A stretch of 63,387 nt of DNA, filler included, from Trichomonas gallinae (Eukaryota), in assembly GCA_008369845.1 (NCBI GenBank). It is 8 parts of 8 records of this genome, joined end to end, with 100 filler letters (N's around TTAATTAATTAA, not from the genome) between each part and the next. Parts side by side here need not be neighbours in the genome. Positions count along the whole stretch, not along the records: positions 8,784 to 19,660 come from MRSU01000056.1; positions 19,761 to 37,000 come from MRSU01000057.1; 6 more parts are not named here. The stretch is one strand, 5' to 3'. Under the pieces are notes generated by a model, which saw only the letters and a list, made by a program, of their open reading frames with translations, had not been told where the DNA came from and ran no database searches. Both the position numbers and the translations under genes were made by a program. This document shows positions 10,326-20,093 of this stretch, piece after piece. Within the stretch, counting starts at the first letter, position 1. Every line of letters starts with the position of its first letter.

Positions 10326-11822
10326 ATGGAGAAGATTGGAACTAGAGTAGTTGGTTTTGATAATCAAAAGTATGTAACCATGCAGTCAGGCAAGATTAGA
10401 GAGCGTATCAGCCAGTTTGGAAACAAATTGTATCTTGAATTTGGTGGAAAGCTTTTCGATGATCTTCATGCATCGAGAGTTCTTCCAGGCTTTGCTCCAG
10501 ACAGTAAGCTGCGTATGCTTCTTCAATTGGCTGACCAGGCAGAAATTGTCATTGCAATCAACGCCTCTGATATCGAGAAGAACAAGATTCGCTCTGATCT
10601 CGGTATCACATATGATGAGGACGTATTCAGACTCATTCAATCATTCAGAGACACTGGTCTTTATGTCGGAAGTGTTGTAATCACACACTACACCGGCCAA
10701 TCAACAGCGAATGACTTCAAGATCAAGCTTGAGAACAAGGGTGTGGCTGTTTATCGCCACTATCTCATCGATGGCTATCCAAACAATATTGAATTAATTG
10801 TCAGTGACAATGGTTATGGAAAAAACGATTATATTCAAACAACAAAACCGTTGGTTATCGTCACAGCACCAGGTCCAGGTTCAGGTAAGATGGCAACATG
10901 CCTTTCTCAAATCTATAACGAAAACAAGAGAGGCATCAAGGCTGGTTATGCTAAGTTCGAAACATTCCCAATCTGGAATCTTCCACTTGAGCACCCAGTC
11001 AATCTTGCTTATGAGGCTGCCACAGTTGACTTGAACGATGTCAACATGATCGACAGCTTCCACCTAAAAGCATATGGTGTCCAGACCGTTAACTATAACA
11101 GAGATATTGAAATCTTCCCAGTTCTCAATGCTATCTTTGAAGGAATCTTCGGAAGTTCTCCATATAAGTCACCAACAGATATGGGTGTCAACATGGTCGG
11201 ATATTGCATCAGCAACGATGAAGCCATTCGTGATGCCTCAAAGCAGGAAATCATCAGAAGATACTATAAGTCTTTGAACAAAGTCACAATCACAGGAAAG
11301 GGCAGAAACGAAATCAAGAAGCTTGAAGAACTTATGAAGAAGGCCGGAATTACACCAAATGACAGAAAAGTTGTTGCTCCATGTCTTGAGCTTGCCAATG
11401 AAACAGGCAAGCCAGCTTGTGCCATCGAACTCTCTGATGGAACAATCATTAAGGGAAGAACATCAGATTTGCTCGGCCCATGCTCAGGCATGTTGCTCAA
11501 CGCTGTCAAACATTTGGGCAACATCGATCCAGAAATTAAGCTCATCGCTTCAAGATTCATCGAACCAATCCAGAAGTTGAAGACAACATTCCTCGGCAGC
11601 ACAAACCCAAGACTCCACACTGATGAGGTCCTCATCGCCTTGTCAATGTGCGCTGCCACAGATCCAAACGCTGAGCTCGCCCTTAAGCAGCTCGAGAAGC
11701 TCAAAGGCTGCCAGGTTCACACATCAGTCATCATCTCTGAAGTCGACCTCAAGACTTTCATGCTCTTAGGTGTTGACTTGACAAGTGAGCCAATATATGA
11801 GAATAATAGAATTTACCATTAA
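10326..11822 (+). CDS. DUF1846 / UPF0371 family P-loop protein, bacterial type
   Basis: GFDNQKY…LYLEFGGKLFDDLHASRVLPGF, TAPGPGSGKMATCLSQ, GYAKFETFPIWNLPL.HPVNLAYEAAT, VNYNRDIEIFP, YKSPTDMGVN and LHTDEVLIAL are motifs characteristic of the family. Confidence 0.92.
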   Translation: MEKIGTRVVGFDNQKYVTMQSGKIRERISQFGNKLYLEFGGKLFDDLHASRVLPGFAPDSKLRMLLQLADQAEIVIAINASDIEKNKIRSDLGITYDEDVFRLIQSFRDTGLYVGSVVITHYTGQSTANDFKIKLENKGVAVYRHYLIDGYPNNIELIVSDNGYGKNDYIQTTKPLVIVTAPGPGSGKMATCLSQIYNENKRGIKAGYAKFETFPIWNLPLEHPVNLAYEAATVDLNDVNMIDSFHLKAYGVQTVNYNRDIEIFPVLNAIFEGIFGSSPYKSPTDMGVNMVGYCISNDEAIRDASKQEIIRRYYKSLNKVTITGKGRNEIKKLEELMKKAGITPNDRKVVAPCLELANETGKPACAIELSDGTIIKGRTSDLLGPCSGMLLNAVKHLGNIDPEIKLIASRFIEPIQKLKTTFLGSTNPRLHTDEVLIALSMCAATDPNAELALKQLEKLKGCQVHTSVIISEVDLKTFMLLGVDLTSEPIYENNRIYH

Positions 11823-12360
11823 ATTCACTATCAAATCTAATAAAATATAAATTTTCTATCGGTTGTTTATTAATTGACTCACTTTTTTCCTAAATCCTTC
11901 CCCCCTCCTCGGAAAAAGCCTACTCTCAGAAACTAGCAAATACTTCATATCTACTACTTGATCAAATTGAATTCTTTAAAAAAAGTTATTGAAATATTCA
12001 TGAATCTTGTACAAAATGATACTTGATGAAAAAATAAACTAATTTTTTCGATAGATATACAATTATCAATATGAATATCTAAATATGAGATGAATTTTAT
12101 CATGAATACTAAGCTTGAATTTATCACATATATATCAAATTTAATGATTATATTTGTAATATTACAAAGAAGATAGTTGCAATTAAAAACATCATAATTT
12201 CTCGTCGAAAGAGAGCCATATTCAAAGTCATTCAAATCGTGAGTTTGATATAGATTCAAAGCTAATATTTAAGCTAATAATCTCTTTACACATCATTTTG
12301 ACATGAATAGAATAATGAAAAAATGACTATTTTGAACAAAAAAAAATACAAACATAAAAT

Positions 12361-14043
12361 TTATAAAATACTGCGCAAGTTGGTGTCAGAAAGAGTATCT
12401 TCTTCGGATTGAGAAGCCATTGGGCTGATATCATATTCATCCTGTGTGCCGTCCTCTTCTTCGTCGTGATTTGTTTGCGGTGCAATAAGCTTCATCAAAG
12501 GAATTGACTCGGACATTCTCATTGTTGGAATTCTATCAACGAAAATCTGCTGATTGTCTTTGCGCAATTTCGTTAGGATTTTCTGAGCCATGTCGCCGAG
12601 CATATGATAGGCAATGTCATCAACCATGACTGGGTATGCGACAGCAATCGACTGCATCATAAGATTCCTGATGTATCCGTGATGCTTCATCAGGTTGCTT
12701 AAATCGTCCTGATACAAAACCCAAGCGTCAACATATGTCAGCGCTCTGATGCTTGTAGCACACTGGCTTCCCAGCAGCATCTGGTTCTCTCCGTGTACTG
12801 TTGACTGTGTGCATGATTCTGTAGCAATAACAACATCATCGACGATAATCGAAATCAATCCTCGTCCGACAAATAACATGAAATTGCATTTTTCGCCTTG
12901 TTTGCATAGATAACTTCCTGGAGAGAATGTGATGTGTTTGATGATGTTAGCTATTTTGGCGAGCTGTCCTGGTGATAATGCGTTGAATGATACTGTTGAA
13001 TTGAAGAAATCTCTCGTCATTTCGAGTTTAATTGTTGTTCTTAAAGCTTTTGGTATATATCTGAGCAAGTTTCTCACACCGCCAGTTGCTCCTGTTGTCT
13101 CCCAGTAGTACTGGCAGAAGTTCCTTACCTCTATACGTCTTTCATCGCTTATCTTCTTGAATTTCAAGAAATCTTGAGCGACTTTGTATTGAGTAATAAA
13201 CGATTGTTCGACTGTGTTCGTGAAAACTGAAATCATGCGCGCTATAATGGCCGTGTGCATGATAACGCCTATAAGATGCACGAAAATCATTGTGATAACT
13301 TCAATATTTGTTTTTGGAGTGATATCACCATAGCCGATTGTTGAAACTGTTGTCAGCACGAAATAAAGGCTAACAATGTAAAGCTTGATGTTAGAATATC
13401 CTTGGTTGATGAATTCGGTGGCCCATGTAACTTGAGATTTTTCGGCCTCATTCATAATAATCAAAATTACACCGAAAATATGAGTAACGAATAAAAGAAC
13501 GATGAAAGAAGGAATAATTGTAGCTAAGCTTCCTATGTAAGGCAGCAAATTGTTTGTATTTTTCCATGTTGTGTATGCTCTCGTTAAGCGTAACCACTTG
13601 TTTAGAGAGAGAACAAAGTATACAACTTTCATCTTGACGATGATTCCGATCCATCCGAGCGGGAAAATTGAGATTAAATGTAATAATAATAAAACTTTGC
13701 CGTAAGCGAGTTTAATTTTATATGGATCGTCGACAATTTCACCTCCAGAGATACACAATGTCCTTCTTATGACGTAATGATCAATACCAAATAAAATATC
13801 GAGGATAAAAAAAGGCACGTACTCAGCAATTGTAATTTTTGGGTCTACGAAGTACACAAAGCTGATTTCAGCGATGGAGAGCAGGGAAACAAGGAACATT
13901 GTGTATTCCCAAGCACGGCGAAATCTATTATAGTGAGAAAATCTCGCATTTGAATCGAATATGTTGGAGCTGTATCTCATTGATGCATACTTGTAATGAT
14001 AAATCATTGTTGAAATCGCGTCAGTGTTTTGTAATGTCTGCAT
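12361..14043 (-). CDS. Cyclic-nucleotide-binding-domain cation (K+) channel
   Basis: Multiple TM helices, S4-like KWLRLTR, pore SLYFVLTTVSTIGYGDITP, C-linker and CNBD (FSPGSYLCKQGE…HGE…ATSIRALT). Confidence 0.9.
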   Translation of the reverse strand: MQTLQNTDAISTMIYHYKYASMRYSSNIFDSNARFSHYNRFRRAWEYTMFLVSLLSIAEISFVYFVDPKITIAEYVPFFILDILFGIDHYVIRRTLCISGGEIVDDPYKIKLAYGKVLLLLHLISIFPLGWIGIIVKMKVVYFVLSLNKWLRLTRAYTTWKNTNNLLPYIGSLATIIPSFIVLLFVTHIFGVILIIMNEAEKSQVTWATEFINQGYSNIKLYIVSLYFVLTTVSTIGYGDITPKTNIEVITMIFVHLIGVIMHTAIIARMISVFTNTVEQSFITQYKVAQDFLKFKKISDERRIEVRNFCQYYWETTGATGGVRNLLRYIPKALRTTIKLEMTRDFFNSTVSFNALSPGQLAKIANIIKHITFSPGSYLCKQGEKCNFMLFVGRGLISIIVDDVVIATESCTQSTVHGENQMLLGSQCATSIRALTYVDAWVLYQDDLSNLMKHHGYIRNLMMQSIAVAYPVMVDDIAYHMLGDMAQKILTKLRKDNQQIFVDRIPTMRMSESIPLMKLIAPQTNHDEEEDGTQDEYDISPMASQSEEDTLSDTNLRSIL

Positions 14044-14880
14044 CTATATGATTGCTCTGAATTTAAATTTTGTCACTTTTTGAATATTATTTTTGTCATG
14101 TAAACTTTTTTATATTTGACAATGTAAAAGTATAAGGGATTTTTTTACATGATACCAAAATAACATAACTATATTGTAGTACTCAATAAGTACTTTAATA
14201 AAACTAAACGAAAAATATGTATTCTCATTGACCATTCTCACAAAAAAAACTCAACTCTTTTATCATAGTCATTTTTTGCAATAATTGCCATGTAAAATGT
14301 TTACATAGCAAAGAATAGCCCAAACGAAATCTGCCTAAACTTTGAAATTATTGTTCTACTAATTAATTTAATTTAGCAACAAAGTTTGGAACAGAAATAC
14401 TGTTCTAAGTACATTAGATGATACATATCCGCAAAAAGTAAAGTTTTTCTTTTTTCTTTTTCTGAAGATTACATGATTTTAAGTATGGAAGAAAAATAAT
14501 AAAAAAGCCTTAGGTTTACAAAGTTCTCAATATTGAGAGAAAGTGGACTTTACTTTTTGCGGCTACTATACCTCTCAGATTTTGTAATTTTTTTCTCGTC
14601 AAAATGAATTATTTTACACGACAAAAAAATATCTGGTTGTTTTTGGACTATACTTATTCTAACAACCAAAGATCGATGATGAATTATTCAAAACGAAATT
14701 TAAATTTGTCATGTAAATTTGAGATGACAGAATGATTTTTTTTACAAGACAAAAATTTATCCATTGTTATTCAGACAAAAATAACAATTAAAATGAATAT
14801 AAAAATAGATAATAAAAATGATGATTAAGGAAAAAGACATGATTGGAAATAGAGACCTGTCACTTTTTATAAAATTTTCT

Positions 14881-16692
14881 ATGTCCAAAAAAGCTTCACA
14901 GAAGTTACAGTATGATTTTGACGATGACGATGATTACCCACGTGGCCATCGTTTCCCAATACGTTCGAATACAGTCGCAAATTTGAAATCTCCTTATGAT
15001 TATGATGAAAATAATGATGTTGACTCAGACAGCTTAGATGACCCTTACGCGTTCGACGATGAAGAGGAATATGACGATTTCGAAGATGAATATCACGATG
15101 AAGACAAAATTAAAGAACTTTTCACAAAACTCAAAAAAGCATACGATATTTCTAAGTGCAATGAGACTGAAATCACACGCGCATACAGAAATTTAGACTA
15201 TGACTATCAAATTTTAGTTAAAACCCTCGAAAGGGGCGAATTTGGTGAAGTACTTAAAAAGAAATTACACGCAAAATTCGATCCACATACTGTTACAAAG
15301 CCGAATGTATCGAAGGATATCAAAAGATCGCGTTCTCTTGCCGATGTCAGCGCTGCTGATCAACATTTAACAACAAAAGTCACAAAATCGCAGGTTGAAG
15401 AATACAACAAGAGCCAAAAGAAGCACGTCAACCTTGTTATCGTCGGACACGTTGATGCTGGTAAATCTACACTTATTGGTCATGTTTTATTACTTACAAA
15501 CAGCATTTCCAAGTCTGATATGGACAAGATTGTCTCTGATTCCAAGGCTACTGGCCATGGGCAGGAGTCATTAGCTTGGATTATGGCTGAAGATGAAACG
15601 GAAAGACAACGCGGTGTTACAATCGATGTTTCATTGACAAATTTCGAAACAGAAGACCGCAAGATTACAGTTCTCGATGCTCCAGGTCACAGGGACTTCG
15701 TTCCGAATATGATTGCTGGTGCATCTCAGTCAGACTCAGCCGTTCTCGTTGTAGACGTTTCCAATCCAAATATCGAGAAGGGACAAGCAGGTGAGCACCT
15801 TCTTCTCTGCAAGTCTCTCGGTGTTTCGAACTTAATTGTCGCGATTAACAAAATGGACTCAATGGATTACGACCAGAGTGCTTTCGAAGAGGTCATTAGA
15901 ATACTCAATATCCAATTCAAGAGAGTCGGCTGGAAAGATGTACACTTTGTGCCAACTGTTGCAACAAATTCAGAAGTTTTGCTCAATCCTCGCAAATCAA
16001 TGCCATGGTACAAAGGAAAGACAATCATAGAAGAAATCAACTCAATCCCACCATATTCATACGACATAAACGCTTCATTCTTAATGTGCGCGTCAGAAAC
16101 AATCGAAAATTCACACAATACTATTATCGTTTCAGGCCGCGTTGAGAGTGGATATGTAGCATGTGGAGATAATGTTAGAGTTCTTCCTGCTGACCAGCTC
16201 GTGAGAGTCTCTGATATATCCCTTAATGGCGAGCCAGTTGATTTCGCGCCAGCAGGTTATATTGCAGACATCACTCTTCAGACATCGTTGAATTCAGAGC
16301 AGATATCTATCGGCGCTGCAGTCTTCGATCCTAAGAGGAAGATGCAAGTTACAAACAGATTTGTTGCTCAGTTCAGGACGTTCGATATCAAGAAGCCTAT
16401 ATTCCCAGGCACACCATTAGTCTTCCACAGGCATGCTGTCGACTTGACGATGAAAGTTGAGAGCTTTACACATACAATCAACATGCAGACGAAGCAGCCA
16501 ATGAAGAAAGGCGTCAAGTTTGTTTTGTCCAATCAGTTAGTCGAGGCCACATTCGTATTACCATCGCCAATTCCAATGGAGACGGCCGAGCAGTCTAGAA
16601 GCTTCGGCTCGTTCATTGTTAGAGCGAACGGCGAAACTCTTGGCTTCGGAAAAGTTGTTAATGTTCTACCACTCAAAGAAGGTTCTAATTAG
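14881..16692 (+). CDS. HBS1: HBS1-like translational GTPase (EF1A/eRF3 family)
   Basis: Acidic N-terminal extension, then GHVDAGKS, ERQRGVTID, DAPGHRDFVPNMI and NKMD plus beta-barrel domains. Start placed at ATG 14881 because Inr-like GTCACTTT lies at 14859-14866; the ORF track starts at 14818. Confidence 0.85.
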   Translation: MSKKASQKLQYDFDDDDDYPRGHRFPIRSNTVANLKSPYDYDENNDVDSDSLDDPYAFDDEEEYDDFEDEYHDEDKIKELFTKLKKAYDISKCNETEITRAYRNLDYDYQILVKTLERGEFGEVLKKKLHAKFDPHTVTKPNVSKDIKRSRSLADVSAADQHLTTKVTKSQVEEYNKSQKKHVNLVIVGHVDAGKSTLIGHVLLLTNSISKSDMDKIVSDSKATGHGQESLAWIMAEDETERQRGVTIDVSLTNFETEDRKITVLDAPGHRDFVPNMIAGASQSDSAVLVVDVSNPNIEKGQAGEHLLLCKSLGVSNLIVAINKMDSMDYDQSAFEEVIRILNIQFKRVGWKDVHFVPTVATNSEVLLNPRKSMPWYKGKTIIEEINSIPPYSYDINASFLMCASETIENSHNTIIVSGRVESGYVACGDNVRVLPADQLVRVSDISLNGEPVDFAPAGYIADITLQTSLNSEQISIGAAVFDPKRKMQVTNRFVAQFRTFDIKKPIFPGTPLVFHRHAVDLTMKVESFTHTINMQTKQPMKKGVKFVLSNQLVEATFVLPSPIPMETAEQSRSFGSFIVRANGETLGFGKVVNVLPLKEGSN

Positions 16693-17238
16693 ATAATAAA
16701 TTCTTTTCTATATACACTATATTTAATAAGATCCCATTTTTAATTATTGATTTACTATTGTTGCATCTTCAATGACTCTGTCAAGAAATCCTATCTGGTC
16801 AAAATATTTTTTAATGCAGCACAAAACTAGTATCTAATCATCATCAAACAAATATACAAACTATAAAGACAAAGCTACTTTTAACAAAATACATTCAAAT
16901 TATCGCTGAATTGAAATGCAGATAAAGAACGAAATCTTATCACAGCCAACCAAATACATGAGTGACGCAGTCTTACGCATAACATCAATATGTCCTGCTT
17001 GGAAATATGAAATTCTTGATAAGTCAACTCTGAGATCCAATAAAATGAAAAAGCAAAAATCGGTAATGATAAGGTTATATTTTGAAAAGATAATTTGTCA
17101 CTTTTCATGTATTGAGAAGACTAGAAAAGTGTCTATTTTGATTCTTAAATTGATTTTTGACATGTAATTTTAAAATTTTGACAAGATTTTAAGGGAGACA
17201 AAATTTGGGGTCTATCGTCGAGCCTTTGTGGCCGAATA

Positions 17239-18120
17239 ATGGAGAAACCTGTGTACATAGGAGTCCTCGATGATAGAGTCGAGATTCCTTATGATCAAAC
17301 ATCTTCGAAAATGGGAGGAACTCCGTGCTGGATCGCCGGAGAACCAAAAGATATTCACAAATTAAAATGTGATAAATGCGGAAAACAGTTAGGATTACTC
17401 GCCAGTGCTGTGTGCCCTGTATCACCAGGATATGATCGCACACTTTATCTTTACATTTGCCCGAAGTGCGGCCTTACGGGAAAATGCTTCCGTCAAAAAG
17501 CGAAATATACAGAAGACGACGACGTCATTGCAGTTGTTCCTGCCGAGCCTGAGAAGCCTAAAGTTGAAATCAAGGCAGCAACAAAAGATGATCTTCTTGC
17601 TGCCCTTGATGCTTTCGATAAAGCAGATGTTGCACCACAGAAAGGAAAAGGCAAAGGAGCTGCTAAGAAGCAGAAATACGAAAGCGGAACTTTCCCTGCT
17701 TATTATGTAGATATTTTCGAAGAGCCAGAAGCTCAATTGGACCCTGATATGCAATATGTCATGGCTTCATCAAACGATTCAGTAGGTTCCAATGCCGAGT
17801 TCGCGCATGAAGAAGATCGCAAAGATGTTGATCCATGCCTTATCGAGTATAACGAGCGTATTTCAAGAGAGCCTGATCAAGTTCTTCGTTACTGCTTCGG
17901 TGGAGAGCCGCTTTTACAGGATCCATTAAAGATCGAAGTTCCAAAGTGTCCGAAATGTGGAGCAGACCGTTGCTTCGAGCTTGAAATCATTCCTGTTTTC
18001 ATCAACTACCTGGCACCGAACAATTTCGATATGGATATCGGCCCAATTCTTGTTTATACATGCTCGAAGGACTGTGGAGAGGGGTCCTGCGAGGAACATG
18101 TTTTTGTTTGCCCTCCATAA
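17239..18120 (+). CDS. PDCD2/PDCD2L (Tsr4) family protein
   Basis: SKMGGTPCW, CxxC, RTLYLYIC at the N-terminus; PDQVLRY, CPKCGADRCFELEIIP and GPILVYTCSKDC form the PDCD2_C domain. Confidence 0.88.
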   Translation: MEKPVYIGVLDDRVEIPYDQTSSKMGGTPCWIAGEPKDIHKLKCDKCGKQLGLLASAVCPVSPGYDRTLYLYICPKCGLTGKCFRQKAKYTEDDDVIAVVPAEPEKPKVEIKAATKDDLLAALDAFDKADVAPQKGKGKGAAKKQKYESGTFPAYYVDIFEEPEAQLDPDMQYVMASSNDSVGSNAEFAHEEDRKDVDPCLIEYNERISREPDQVLRYCFGGEPLLQDPLKIEVPKCPKCGADRCFELEIIPVFINYLAPNNFDMDIGPILVYTCSKDCGEGSCEEHVFVCPP

Positions 18121-18290
18121 ATATATTTTTAATATTTGAATCAAAAATGAAAATAATCTTTTATCATTCTTATTACTAACAATCTAATGCAAAGATTTAA
18201 ATAGAATTTGATAGATAAATTAAAGAAAAAACTAGATACATAATTTTAATTACAAAACAACAAAACATACAATAGTCAATAGTAGATATA

Positions 18291-19196
18291 TTAAACGCCA
18301 ATATTTGAAGCACACATTTGAACAAGTGCAGGTGAAACAGTTCTAAAGTATGGATGACTTAGAGCTTCGTATGCAGTAATTCTGTGTGCTGGGTTAAGAG
18401 TCAGTAGTTTGTTGAGTAGATCTAAGAACTCAGATGATGCATTTTGGAAATAAGTTGAAAAATCGACAGAATTTGGTAAAGTTATATCAGCTGAAATAGA
18501 ATGTCTAAATTCAGGCCAGTCCTCATCTGAAGGAGTCCCAAGAGCCTTGCAGATGTGTACAAGTTGATCAAGAGGCGAATCACCAGGAAATAGAACTCGT
18601 CCACGCGCCATTTCTGCGATTATGCATCCTGCGCTCCAGACATCGATTCCTAACCCGTAATAATCCGTTTCAATCAGCAACTCAGGAGCCATATAATAAC
18701 TGGAAGGAAAGTTGATATAATTGCGAGTCATTGGATGATGATAGGAGCGTGATTTGCCAAACCCTGATACTTTAAGCATGCCTGTCCTATTAATCAATAT
18801 GTTCGTCGGTTCAATATGTTGATGAATATAACCAACACTGTGTATGTAGTTTATAGCGCATAATAATTGATAAGAATACGATTGTAATAAGGCTGGATCA
18901 AGCGGCCTTCTTGTTTTATCAAGAAAGCTGCGTAAATCTTTATCCATGAACTCATAAACGATTAGTAGTTGATCATTTTCAGGTATCACTGCTCTTAGTG
19001 GTATAACATTTGGATGATTCATGTTTTTGAGTGTTGTCACCTCACGTAAAGAAGCAACGGTAACTCCATCTTCTTCCTGATCCATTTTCGCGACTTTCAA
19101 AGCAACTTTTTCGTTATCTCTGTTGTCAACAGCCTCGTATATAATACCAGAAGAACCTCTGTGGATCGGCTTCCCGATAGTATAAGGAGAATTCAT
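18291..19196 (-). CDS. CDK-like CMGC kinase, predicted pseudokinase
   Basis: CDK fold motifs VALK, EEDGV…LRE, HPNVI, APELL, DVWSAGCI and GDSPLDQ are present, but HRD is HQH and DFG is GFG. Confidence 0.88.
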   Translation of the reverse strand: MNSPYTIGKPIHRGSSGIIYEAVDNRDNEKVALKVAKMDQEEDGVTVASLREVTTLKNMNHPNVIPLRAVIPENDQLLIVYEFMDKDLRSFLDKTRRPLDPALLQSYSYQLLCAINYIHSVGYIHQHIEPTNILINRTGMLKVSGFGKSRSYHHPMTRNYINFPSSYYMAPELLIETDYYGLGIDVWSAGCIIAEMARGRVLFPGDSPLDQLVHICKALGTPSDEDWPEFRHSISADITLPNSVDFSTYFQNASSEFLDLLNKLLTLNPAHRITAYEALSHPYFRTVSPALVQMCASNIGV

Positions 19197-19660
19197 TTTT
19201 ATAAAATTTTTAAACGGTCTCCTAAATTTACAAATTTAAGATTTTTATAGATAAATTTGTAGCATTTTTGTGATTTTTATTACAATTTTGATAATTAACA
19301 AAAAACTAGCTCAGCAAAATATGGTCTTTTTAGGTGTAAGAATGAAAAATGGCGCAAAATTTATTCATTATCATATAAATTTATGAAAATTATCGAATAT
19401 TTTTGATCAGAATCTTATATTTTGGAATGTTTGTTTATAAATATTCCTAATAATGGGTTGTTAATAACCATTGCGGTTGATCAAAGTCTATTTACTGAAC
19501 AAAATCTAGAGAAAAGTTTAAGAGAAATTTTTCCAATTATTTTTAGAATCATTAGAAAATATTAGACCAAAAAAATCAACAAATGTACTTCAACTGAAAA
19601 TACGTTATTTTACGACCCTAAAATTTGATCTCGGGGTAATACATGCGCTTCTTTTATGCT

Positions 19661-19760
19661 NNNNNNNNNNNNNNNNNNNNNNNNNNNNNNNNNNNNNNNN
19701 NNNNTTAATTAATTAANNNNNNNNNNNNNNNNNNNNNNNNNNNNNNNNNNNNNNNNNNNN
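19661..19760. other. Artificial contig linker
   Basis: N44-TTAATTAATTAA-N44. Confidence 0.98.
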
Positions 19761-19941
19761 AAAATGAATCTTTATGTTATTTCATTTCAAGCATAATATA
19801 TGATTTATATATGACAAATTATATCTGATTGCAAGCAATGAATCCTATAATTCGTATTATTAGATTTGATGCCATTTACAGGGGGTGTTACTTTGCCCCT
19901 AATAACCTTATGGCGGAATGAAAAAATTGTGCATTTTTTTT

Positions 19942-19980
19942 GCTCGTGTGTTGGCGGAATAAATCCGCCATGGCACGAGC
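19942..19980. repeat. GC-rich inverted repeat (hairpin)
   Basis: GCTCGTG-TGT-TGGCGGA / ATAAA / TCCGCCA-TGG-CACGAGC: 14/17 Watson-Crick pairs plus one G-T. Confidence 0.7.
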
Positions 19981-20093
19981 CTTGCAGTGATGCAGTACAA
20001 AAAGTAGATTTTTTTGGATCACGGTGCTAAAAAGTGACAACAAATTGTCAATTTTTTTATCGAGGATTTTTCAATAATAAGGGAATAAAAAAA

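Noticed and set aside
11954..12259. 101-aa minus-strand ORF
   Set aside because: Non-ATG start and composition typical of AT-rich non-coding DNA; at most a decayed gene.
14525..14580. 14-bp palindrome TCTCAATATTGAGA and a TGAGAG…CTCTCA hairpin followed by AGA (H/ACA-like)
   Set aside because: Stems are short and the internal pocket is too small; compatible with chance in AT-rich DNA.
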